DNA from: Patescibacteria group bacterium
Lineage (GTDB): Bacteria; Patescibacteriota; UBA1384; XYA2-FULL-43-10; 1-14-0-10-43-13
Direction: 5' to 3'
Length of the DNA stretch: 64,000 nucleotides
NCBI GenBank assembly: GCA_041674765.1
Contig: JBAYVE010000004.1
Location: 26,751 to 90,750, forward strand
The position numbers and the translations under genes are program-made. Under the pieces are notes generated by a model. It did no database searches. It was not told the origin of the DNA and saw only the letters and a list, made by a program, of their open reading frames with translations. Every line of letters begins with the position of its first letter. The stretch's first letter is position 1. Below, piece by piece: positions 56,358 to 64,000 of the stretch.

Positions 56358-57041
56358 TTTATCCAAATTTCCATAAATCGTGAACAGATTCTCTGTTTCT
56401 TCCCTCTCCACCATTGTATCAAGAATTTGCTTCAATTTCTTTACGTTCGGCTGGGGTATCGGGCCACGGCAGCCGAGACAGGCTTCGCCATTATTAACAC
56501 AGACAGAATTGCAGCCCATGCGAGTGATCGGCCCAAGGCAAGCTTTTCTATTTTTCAATCGGCATTCGTTTTCATTTTGCCGGCATTCGAAGCATACGGC
56601 CAGATCTGGAAGTGTGAATTCTTTCCCCCAATAAATGTCCAAGAGGCACTTATAGAGCTCTTCGTGACGGATCGGGCAGCCAGGGATGATGAAATCAACC
56701 TTTATTACCTCGGGGACCGTTTTGACTTTATCAGTTTTCGTGAATTCTTTCCCGTTTCGTTCTGATTGTATCCCTCCCAAATGCGCGCAGGCTCCAAGGG
56801 CGATGATAATTCCTGATTCTTTTCGTATTTTTTTTAGATGCTCAATCTGTTCTTTGCTGCCAGGGGAGCCCTCAACGATGGCAACATCATAGGGCCCTTC
56901 TTCTTTTTTATTTGAGCCGAGCCGGAAGTTCTTTATATCAAAATAGTCCAGTAGTTTGCTGAACTCTTCATAACTATTTAGCATTTCAAATTGACAACCT
57001 TCACAGCTTGTAAGCGAAAATATGGCAAGTGACTTCCTCAT
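56355..57041 (-). CDS. NiFe hydrogenase small subunit (delta)
   Basis: SCEGC, VEGS, LGACA..GG, IPGCP, CLGPIT..GC...C.GCRG; ATG 57041 behind aggag. Confidence 0.92.
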   Translation of the reverse strand: MRKSLAIFSLTSCEGCQFEMLNSYEEFSKLLDYFDIKNFRLGSNKKEEGPYDVAIVEGSPGSKEQIEHLKKIRKESGIIIALGACAHLGGIQSERNGKEFTKTDKVKTVPEVIKVDFIIPGCPIRHEELYKCLLDIYWGKEFTLPDLAVCFECRQNENECRLKNRKACLGPITRMGCNSVCVNNGEACLGCRGPIPQPNVKKLKQILDTMVEREETENLFTIYGNLDK

Positions 57042-57097
57042 AAAACTCCTAATTAAATTCCAACTGCAACGCCCAACATCCATTCAAATTCTAAATT

Positions 57098-57469
57098 CTA
57101 TTTTTTCAAGATAGCTGCAAAAATAAGTATCAATTCATGAACTTCCTTGTAAATTTTTGCAGCCCAATCTCGCTTATTCGGATCTGCTTTCACAATCATC
57201 CTGAGCCAATGTAATGTTTCTTTAGCTTCTTTCTTGGCTATGGCAATCTTGTTCTGAAAATCTTTTTTTGAGTTTGCTTCGTTTGCTTCAGCATAATTAG
57301 CCCCTATACTTGTTCCGGATCGGACGATCTGACTTATCAATGGATTGGTAATAACTGATCCCTTAATATTTTGGCAAAATTCAATAACATCTTCGCCAAC
57401 CTTAGCCGTTCTATCCAGTAGATCGAATTTCTGAATATTGGAATTTGGTTGTTGATTGGATGTTGACAT
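57098..57469 (-). CDS. Four-helix-bundle protein #1 (TIGR02436 / 23S-IVP-like)
   Basis: QIVRSGTSIGANYAEA, SKKDF, KEAKETLHWL, ELILIF. Confidence 0.92.
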   Translation of the reverse strand: MSTSNQQPNSNIQKFDLLDRTAKVGEDVIEFCQNIKGSVITNPLISQIVRSGTSIGANYAEANEANSKKDFQNKIAIAKKEAKETLHWLRMIVKADPNKRDWAAKIYKEVHELILIFAAILKK

Positions 57470-57513
57470 TGATATTTGGAATTTAACTCAGGGTAATTTA
57501 AATTGTTAATTAA

Positions 57514-58314
57514 TTATTTATTTAACTCTGGCTGAATATGATCCCACCGGAAAACCGGTCCGTCCTTACAGACTAAGTGTTTTCCGCAGTTGCAATGCTG
57601 ACAAACGCCGATTCCGCACTCCATCCGTCTCTCCATCGAAACGTAGATTTGGTCATCCAAAACACCACGTTTGTTTAACTCGCTGATCACGTATTGGTAC
57701 ATAATCTCCGGTCCGCAGATAAAAACCAGCGCTTTCTTTGCATTAAATTCTAGCGTCCTGATCGGCTCAGTAATCAAACCCTTTTTGCCGAAAAAATGTC
57801 TATCTGATCTCTCGGCATAGGCTTCAACATCAATTAAATCTTGGAGTTTCTCAATTTCATCGTAAAAGACAAAATGGTGTGATGTCTTGGCGCCGGCGAT
57901 AAGATGGATCTTCTTGTTCTTTGATCTTTTAATCGTAAGATCATGGAGAAGCGACCGGATTGGAACCATGCCCATTCCTCCGCCGACAAGAATCAGCTCT
58001 CTATTTTTAATCTGATCTATTGGCCAGCCGTTGCCGTATGGGCCTCTTATTTTCAAGCTATCGCCCACTAGCAGATTTGAAATCGCAGCAGATCTGTTGC
58101 CGTTAGCTCTGATGCAGAGTTCGAAAAAATCAATATTCTTATGGTGAGAGCAGGGAGCGAGAGTTATGGTTCCGAAGTGATCCAGGGCGGCTTCTATAAA
58201 TTGGCCGGGTTTGAAATCTAGATGCCCTTCAAGCCGGAATAAAAAAGATTCGGGAGCTATCTCTTCTTTATCGAGTATCCTATATTCTTTGTATGATAAA
58301 TTAAGCATTGGCAT
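57514..58314 (-). CDS. Hydrogenase gamma subunit (FAD/NAD-binding, 2Fe-2S)
   Basis: PGQF, RGPYGNG, GGGMGMVP, CGPEIM, ERRMECGIGVCQHC, CKDGPVF. Confidence 0.92.
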   Translation of the reverse strand: MPMLNLSYKEYRILDKEEIAPESFLFRLEGHLDFKPGQFIEAALDHFGTITLAPCSHHKNIDFFELCIRANGNRSAAISNLLVGDSLKIRGPYGNGWPIDQIKNRELILVGGGMGMVPIRSLLHDLTIKRSKNKKIHLIAGAKTSHHFVFYDEIEKLQDLIDVEAYAERSDRHFFGKKGLITEPIRTLEFNAKKALVFICGPEIMYQYVISELNKRGVLDDQIYVSMERRMECGIGVCQHCNCGKHLVCKDGPVFRWDHIQPELNK

Positions 58315-59278
58315 CGACTTTTTTTAACCTATCTTCTTCCTCCGCTATATTGGCCAGCGTCTGAATTATTTTTTTCTGATTGAGATTGGCCGGGCAAGCT
58401 TTGATACAACGTCCACAACCGGTACAGAGAATTTGACCACTTGATTGTTTGGCTCTGACAAATTTATGATGATACCAATTGTATAGACGGTCAGCATTTT
58501 CTGGTCGATAGTCAAAGTGATTTTGAATTTCAGAAAAGCTTTTAGAAAAACAGCTATCCCATGAGAGACAATGCCGGCAGCCAGATTTTTCATCATTGAC
58601 AATCTCCTGTTTGGTACAATAGCAAAGCGGACAAACCGCTGTACATGCACCGCAGCCAAAACAGTTCGAAGCTATTCCTTGCCAAAAAGCTTTAGAGCCA
58701 GCCTTGTCTTCTATCTTCTGCTCTAAGAGATTCAGATTTATAATTTCCGAGTTTTTTTCGATTGGTGTAATTGGCCTAGCTTTGGGGTCGTTTTTTATTC
58801 CACAATCAATTAAAATCTTTTGGCCCCGGGTTGAACCGCTGAAGATGTCGTATTTCTTACCGTTGGATTGGATATGGAGGTCAAACGATTTAACCTCGTT
58901 ATGGCCGAAAGCAGTGCAGAAGCACTCTCCGTCAGGTTTGCACTCTGTTGAGATAACTAGCGGCTTTCCGGGTAATAAATTGGTTTCCGAAAATTCCTTG
59001 TATAATTTTGCTAGAGCAATTACATCGCAATTTGTAAGACCGAAAAAAGCTAGTTTCCTCGCTTCCTTTTTTGCGGGCAGATATTGGAAGTGGTTTGGCC
59101 AGACTATCCCCTTGAAAGGCATGGTTGTCTTTGGGGTTGGTATAGGTATTTGATGGAAGTTTTGCAAAATTCCGAATTTAATATCCCCACCCTCTTTTTT
59201 GGTGCCAAAAATACTATATTCCCTTTCGATATAGCGGAAAATATGTTCAAGCTGAAACTCGGTGACTATTGATTTCAT
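58301..59278 (-). CDS. Hydrogenase beta subunit (AsrA-like 4Fe-4S)
   Basis: CFC, CFGCGACTAVCPLCYC, WDSC, HKF, CTGCGRCIKACP. Confidence 0.9.
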   Translation of the reverse strand: MKSIVTEFQLEHIFRYIEREYSIFGTKKEGGDIKFGILQNFHQIPIPTPKTTMPFKGIVWPNHFQYLPAKKEARKLAFFGLTNCDVIALAKLYKEFSETNLLPGKPLVISTECKPDGECFCTAFGHNEVKSFDLHIQSNGKKYDIFSGSTRGQKILIDCGIKNDPKARPITPIEKNSEIINLNLLEQKIEDKAGSKAFWQGIASNCFGCGACTAVCPLCYCTKQEIVNDEKSGCRHCLSWDSCFSKSFSEIQNHFDYRPENADRLYNWYHHKFVRAKQSSGQILCTGCGRCIKACPANLNQKKIIQTLANIAEEEDRLKKVDANA

Positions 59279-59378
59279 CTCTTTTTATTTTATCTTTTTC
59301 GAGTTGAAACAGCAATTGTTTGCTGGTATCGCTTTATTATAGTAAAATTATCTTAGGGTTATTAGGTACGAGGGAATT

Positions 59379-60497
59379 ATGGAACTATTACAAGACGTTT
59401 CTTTGAGGGGAAAGAAGGTATTTCTCCGGGTTGATTTTAATGTACCTTTGGAAAAGGGTAAGATTTTAGATAACAACAGAATCAAGGCGGCTATTCCGAC
59501 TATTAGATTCCTAGCGGAAAGCCGGGCTATTATAATTATCGGAACTCATTGCGGCCGTCCGGAAGGAAAACCCAGTCCTGAAACTTCCGTGGCACTGATT
59601 GCCAAGGAATTAGAAAGAGTATTGAACCTAAAAGTTTTGATGGCAGAGGGTATTGTCGGAGAAAATATAAAAGGCGTAATAGATAGCTTACATCCAGGTC
59701 AAATTATCGTGCTAGAGAATCTTCGCTGGGACCCACGGGAGGAAGCCAACGACCCGGCATTTGCCAAAGAATTAGCCGGGTATGCTGATATATATGTCAA
59801 CGACGCTTTCGCAGTGTCTCATAGGGCAAATTCATCGGTTGATGCGATCACCAAATTTTTGCCAAGTTATGCCGGACTTTTGATGCAGTCAGAAATTACA
59901 AATCTGAGGCTCCTTTTGGAGAAGCCGGTTCGTCCCTTCGTTTTAATTGTCGGAGGCATAAAGGTGGCCGATAAAGCGGCGATGATCAAGAGGCTTGCCC
60001 CTCTAGCGGACAAAATTCTTGTCGGCGGCGGAGTGGCTAACACATTTTTGAAAGCAAGAGGCCAGGATATCGGGAAATCGGTTTTTGACGAGGAAATGAT
60101 TGCTGAGTGCAAAACAATGCTTGAAAAATTCGGTAGCAAGATTGTTTTGCCGGTAGACAGTGTTAGAGAAGATTTGGGAAGCGGCGAGTTTGGGATTATG
60201 GATATAGGACCGGAGACTAGAAAAATTTTTATTTCGGAAATATTGAATGCCAAGACAGTTTTGTGGAATGGCAATCTTGGCAAGAGCGAAGACGAAAAAT
60301 ATAGGGATGGTATGAGAGACGTAGCAATGGCGATGGCAAAAATTAGGCAGCACACCGTTGTGGCCGGAGGAGATACGGCCGCCTTTGTAATAGAAGAAAA
60401 ATTAAATAATGGCATTGCCTTCATTTCTACCGGCGGCGGCGCTGCCCTGGAATTTTTGGCAGGGGAGAAATTGCCTGGGATAGAAGCTCTACGATAA
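59379..60497 (+). CDS. pgk: Phosphoglycerate kinase
   Basis: RVDFNVP, LENLR, VNDAF, GGGVAN, GGD, ISTGGGAALEFL. Confidence 0.97.
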   Translation: MELLQDVSLRGKKVFLRVDFNVPLEKGKILDNNRIKAAIPTIRFLAESRAIIIIGTHCGRPEGKPSPETSVALIAKELERVLNLKVLMAEGIVGENIKGVIDSLHPGQIIVLENLRWDPREEANDPAFAKELAGYADIYVNDAFAVSHRANSSVDAITKFLPSYAGLLMQSEITNLRLLLEKPVRPFVLIVGGIKVADKAAMIKRLAPLADKILVGGGVANTFLKARGQDIGKSVFDEEMIAECKTMLEKFGSKIVLPVDSVREDLGSGEFGIMDIGPETRKIFISEILNAKTVLWNGNLGKSEDEKYRDGMRDVAMAMAKIRQHTVVAGGDTAAFVIEEKLNNGIAFISTGGGAALEFLAGEKLPGIEALR

Positions 60498-60526
60498 TTG
60501 CTATATTGCTTTATTGTTAGATTGTT

Positions 60527-60907
60527 ATGGAAACAAAAAAGTATCTACAACTTAATGACATTGAGGCATATAAAACAGCTTTTTCATTATCAAATTATGT
60601 TTGGGATAGGATAGTGGCTTGGGACCACTTCTCTAAGAGTACAATCGGTAATCAATTTGTCAGAGCAATCGATTCAATCTCGGCAAATATCGCTGAAGGA
60701 TTTGGCAGATACGGCAAGAAAGATAAAATCTGTTTCTATCGATATAGTTACGGATCAATCAAAGAGTCCCTTGATTGGAATGAGAAGGCAAAAGATAGGA
60801 AATTAATTTCCGAAGAAGAATACAGTCGTATCTTTGCAGATTTACAAAAACTGCCTAAATCTGTCAACTATCTCATCAAATTTACTAACGAAAAATTAAC
60901 AATATAA
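60527..60907 (+). CDS. Four-helix-bundle protein #2
   Basis: QFVRAIDSISANIAEGFGRY, F..YSYGS..E; flanked by inverted ATTGTTAT / ATAACAAT octamer arms. Confidence 0.92.
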   Translation: METKKYLQLNDIEAYKTAFSLSNYVWDRIVAWDHFSKSTIGNQFVRAIDSISANIAEGFGRYGKKDKICFYRYSYGSIKESLDWNEKAKDRKLISEEEYSRIFADLQKLPKSVNYLIKFTNEKLTI

Positions 60908-60911
60908 CAAT

Positions 60912-61769
60912 ATGACAATACAACAATCGTCGCCTGATAAAACAGTCTTACAAGTCATAGACGTTAAGTCAGAGTTAATTAGAGCCAGACGTGAACATTA
61001 TGCAATCGGGGCTTTCAATACCAATAATCTCGAGGTGACGAAAGCAATCTGTCAGGCTGCCACCAAATTTGATGCGCCCATTTTGGTCCAGACAACACCA
61101 TCGGCGATCGAATATGCTGGATTAAGGCAGATTTTTGATATCATAACAACGGAAATTATAAACACCAAAATCAAGGCAGCAATTCATTTGGATCATGCCA
61201 AAGATTTTTCAATTATTTCTCATGCTATACGAGCCGGCTATCGGTCTATTATGTTTGATGGGTCAAAGTTGCCATACCGTGAAAACGTTCATTTAACATC
61301 GAAAGTGGTAAATTTTGCTCATAGCTATGGAGCGTCAGTGGAGGCCGAGATTGGTGTTATCTCTCATGAAGAGGGTGGGCATCTTTCTGGTAAAGCAGAA
61401 TTGAGCTCACCTTTGCAGGTCAAGGAATTTGTCAAACTGACCGGAGTTGATTCCATTGCAGTCTCAGTTGGGAATGAACATGGCGCTCCAAAGGGCGAAC
61501 ATGTTGATTTCAATCTGTTGGAGAAAATTTCTTTAGCAGTGGATATTCCTCTAGTCATGCACGGAGCCTCCGGTTTGACGGCAGGAGACATCCGGGAGGC
61601 GATCTCCTTTGGCGTCGCCAAGTTCAATATCGACACTAAAATCAAGAAGGTTTTTACCCATGAACTCGAAACCTCCGAAGCTTCCGATTATCGAGATGCG
61701 ATGAAGGAGGGAATGGCGGAAGTGGAAAAAGTCGTTGAGAATTATATAAAGCTTTTTTCAAATAACTGA
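60912..61769 (+). CDS. fba: Class II fructose-bisphosphate aldolase
   Basis: GAFN, HLDH, SIMFDGS, VEAEIG, GNEHG, LVMHGASG, KFNI. Confidence 0.96.
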   Translation: MTIQQSSPDKTVLQVIDVKSELIRARREHYAIGAFNTNNLEVTKAICQAATKFDAPILVQTTPSAIEYAGLRQIFDIITTEIINTKIKAAIHLDHAKDFSIISHAIRAGYRSIMFDGSKLPYRENVHLTSKVVNFAHSYGASVEAEIGVISHEEGGHLSGKAELSSPLQVKEFVKLTGVDSIAVSVGNEHGAPKGEHVDFNLLEKISLAVDIPLVMHGASGLTAGDIREAISFGVAKFNIDTKIKKVFTHELETSEASDYRDAMKEGMAEVEKVVENYIKLFSNN

Positions 61770-61847
61770 TTGCAAATCACAAATAACAATTACCAAATTA
61801 CAAATAAATCACAAATCTAAAATCACGAATCTAACACAAACGAACAG

Positions 61848-62198
61848 ATGGCTAATTCTGAAAAAATATATGATCTTGAGGAAAGGACTTTTATATTTGC
61901 TAGGAATACGGTTATTCTCATTAAAAAACTACCTAAAACAATATCAAATATCGAATATGGCAAACAAGTAATCCGGTCTTCCGCTTCAACAGGCGCAAAC
62001 TATATTGAAGCGAATGAAGCTTTGGGTAAGAAAGATTTCCTTATGAGGATTAAAATCTCCCGCAAAGAAGCGAAGGAATCGGCTTTCTGGTTTAGGCTTC
62101 TGAAAGAAACCAATTCAAATTTTGCTCAAGAGCTAGAATCATTACTGAATGAGGCTACTGAGTTGAAAAAAATATTTTCATCAATGCTTGGAAATTGA
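61848..62198 (+). CDS. Four-helix-bundle protein #3
   Basis: YDLEERT, QVIRSSASTGANYIEANEALGKKDF, KEAKES.FW; flanked by a 19-bp perfect inverted repeat. Confidence 0.93.
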   Translation: MANSEKIYDLEERTFIFARNTVILIKKLPKTISNIEYGKQVIRSSASTGANYIEANEALGKKDFLMRIKISRKEAKESAFWFRLLKETNSNFAQELESLLNEATELKKIFSSMLGN

Positions 62199-62258
62199 TA
62201 TACTTTGGGAGTTGTTATTTATTTGTAATTTGGTATTTGGGATTTGGAGTTTAGAAAT

Positions 62259-63221
62259 ATGCAGCATGATGTTGTTACAATCGGAGATGCTTTCGAAGAT
62301 GTTTTTGTCCAACCTGACTTGAAGGTAAATTCGGATAGATCCTTTGGCTCCGGTAAGGGGATCTGCTTCGAATTTGGTGAGAAAATTCCTCTAAATTTTG
62401 TCCAGTATGAAATTGGAGGCTCTGCATGCAATATTGCTGTTGGTCTCTCGAGGCTAGGATATAAAACTACTTTTGTAACAGCGCTTGGCAAGGATACGCC
62501 AGCTCAAAGAATCATCCGGCAGCTGGAAGATGAGGGAGTTGATACCAAAAATGTCATTGAAAAATCAGATATTCAAACCGGTTTTTCGGTGGTATTTTCT
62601 GTCGACGGTGAGCGGACGATTTTTTCATATCATGCACTAAAAGATTATTCCAAATTGAAGATCAAAGATAGCCTCAAATCAAAATGGCTTTTTGTCACTT
62701 CTCTTGGGGAAAATATTGGTGAGATCGAGAAAAGGATAATTGCTGAAGTTTCAGAGGAGGGGTCTCTTTTTGCCTGGAATCCGGGATCCATTCAGATTGC
62801 CAGAGGTGCCAGTCATTATCGTCATCTGCTTCGTTGCACTTCGATCTTATTCCTGAACCGTGAGGAGGCAATAAAATTTCTGGATTATCCGGCAAGACCT
62901 ATCATCGAAGAGGTGATGAAGAAATTGCATAATTTTGGTGCAAGAATTGTTGTGGTGACCAACGGCAAGGAAGGGGCCAGGGCCTATGATGGCCAGGAAT
63001 TTTATGAGATGTCAGCGATTCAGAGAACTGAGCGTATAGATGCTACGGGTGCCGGAGATGCTTTCGCAACAGGATTTCTAGGTAGATTGATCGATGAAGA
63101 TTGGAAAAAAGATATTGATTCCGACATCATAAAAAATGCTTTGAAATGGGGGATTGCGAACTCGAACTCCGTGATCCAGCACATAGGGGCGCAAAAAGGG
63201 CTGCTTGCAGAGATTGATTGA
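62259..63221 (+). CDS. PfkB-family carbohydrate kinase
   Basis: GGSACNIAVGLSRLG, NREEA, VVTNG..GA, DATGAGDAF; ATG 62259. Confidence 0.93.
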   Translation: MQHDVVTIGDAFEDVFVQPDLKVNSDRSFGSGKGICFEFGEKIPLNFVQYEIGGSACNIAVGLSRLGYKTTFVTALGKDTPAQRIIRQLEDEGVDTKNVIEKSDIQTGFSVVFSVDGERTIFSYHALKDYSKLKIKDSLKSKWLFVTSLGENIGEIEKRIIAEVSEEGSLFAWNPGSIQIARGASHYRHLLRCTSILFLNREEAIKFLDYPARPIIEEVMKKLHNFGARIVVVTNGKEGARAYDGQEFYEMSAIQRTERIDATGAGDAFATGFLGRLIDEDWKKDIDSDIIKNALKWGIANSNSVIQHIGAQKGLLAEID

Positions 63222-63302
63222 CTCAAAGGAGCAAAAAGTGATATAGGATAAAAAGAACTCACCGCTATTTTCCTGTCCAAGGGCAGGCAAAGGAGTAAAA
63301 CC

Positions 63303-63857
63303 GTGAAAAGTCTAACGGGGCAGTGTTATGCTCAGATGATGCATGTGTTGGCAAAAATCGTCGAGCGCGTAGTGATTTCGTGGTCTTTGCCACGACGCCG
63401 GGATATTGACCAATATGTCCAGACCATCGACCTCATTGGGATCAACGGCAATGGATTGTTGAGACTCATGGTACAGGATCTCCGGCAGCATCCTGAACGT
63501 GCGAATGTTCTGCTTGATTTGATTGAGTCATTTGCACGGCGTCTGGGTGTGGAGTTTCCGGAGGTGACTGATGACATGAAGCGCCATCTTGCTGTGCGCC
63601 GAGCTGCAGTTTTGGATTGGTTCGATGGCATCGATCTGGAGTTGGGATTTCCCTTCAATCTGGTTTCCATGGTTGGAACGAGCGATATCACTGTAACATC
63701 GAGATTGAAGGACGGTAGTTTTAAAACATCTGGGGTCGGTGCGATTACCTTCCTTAATCCTGATAATCAATCGCCGATCGAGCCAACCATTGGAGCTCTG
63801 GTCACCGTCGTTTCAGGGGGCGGTCCGATGGATGGCCAATATCGAATTCAGGACTAA
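63303..63857 (+). CDS. Hypothetical protein
   Basis: 184-aa ORF with GTG start behind aaggag and its own terminator. Confidence 0.65.
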   Translation: MKSLTGQCYAQMMHVLAKIVERVVISWSLPRRRDIDQYVQTIDLIGINGNGLLRLMVQDLRQHPERANVLLDLIESFARRLGVEFPEVTDDMKRHLAVRRAAVLDWFDGIDLELGFPFNLVSMVGTSDITVTSRLKDGSFKTSGVGAITFLNPDNQSPIEPTIGALVTVVSGGGPMDGQYRIQD

Positions 63858-63888
63858 CAATGCCTGGCTTCTCAAACGACAGTGCTCG

Positions 63889-63922
63889 CCGCCCCCGAAA
63901 TGGATTCGGGGAGCGGCTTTTT
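63889..63922 (+). terminator. Intrinsic terminator
   Basis: ccgcccccgaa-loop-ttcggggagcgg followed by T-tract. Confidence 0.7.
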
Positions 63923-64000
63923 ATAATTGCTAGGTTTGAAAAAATTTAATTTTGTGCTAGAATTATGCGGAAAATAAAAAATTAATTCAAGGATAAAATG

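Noticed and set aside
59867-60424. Long antisense ORFs (also 2490-2909, 6327-6785, 58704-59153)
   Set aside because: Shadow frames of well-supported genes with no motifs or SD
57098-62198. Diversity-generating retroelement, because of the Avd-like proteins
   Set aside because: No reverse transcriptase and no TR/VR pair with adenine-specific mismatches seen in the window
57098-62198. 23S rRNA intervening sequences
   Set aside because: No rRNA sequence flanks these genes; their neighbours are protein-coding

Overview
This is 64 kb of a low-GC, code-11 bacterial chromosome. Gene content and style (short EF-Ts, ProRS without the editing insertion, fermentative glycolysis genes, a group 3b-type NiFe hydrogenase, many orphans) suggest Patescibacteria/CPR; that placement is an inference. 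The backbone is housekeeping: serS, hpf, secA, ftsEX, ligA, gatC/A/B, prfA-prmC, rpmE, rpsB-tsf-pyrH-frr-rseP-proS, uvrC-yvcK-tpiA-gap, pgk-fba-pfkB, pgi, gpmI and a hydrogenase operon with hypC. The most unusual signal is a dense set of tiny repeat elements in three classes, each bracketing a small gene somewhere in the window. (1) Three four-helix-bundle (23S-IVP/Avd-like) genes sit inside operons, each enclosed by inverted arms built from a different degenerate 7-8-nt unit. (2) An internally deleted GIY-YIG gene lies between perfect 24-bp GTCAT-type inverted palindromes. (3) A DUF559 nuclease lies between 37-bp duplicated CCTC/GAGG palindromic units. ORF-less copies of these classes fill the intergenic spaces, and some nest inside each other. 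Tandem-arm, GTCAT-type and other small palindrome sequences also occur in frame within housekeeping genes (secA, gatA, gatB, uvrC and about six times in prmC). Other highlights are a promoter-plus-terminator-bounded ~125-nt structured ncRNA candidate antisense within the hydrogenase operon, a tandem pair of XRE-HTH paralogues with a duplicated Cys motif, a relic SEC-C tail behind secA, and a hydrogenase large subunit with no C-terminal extension. All calls come from reading motifs by eye; no searches were run.
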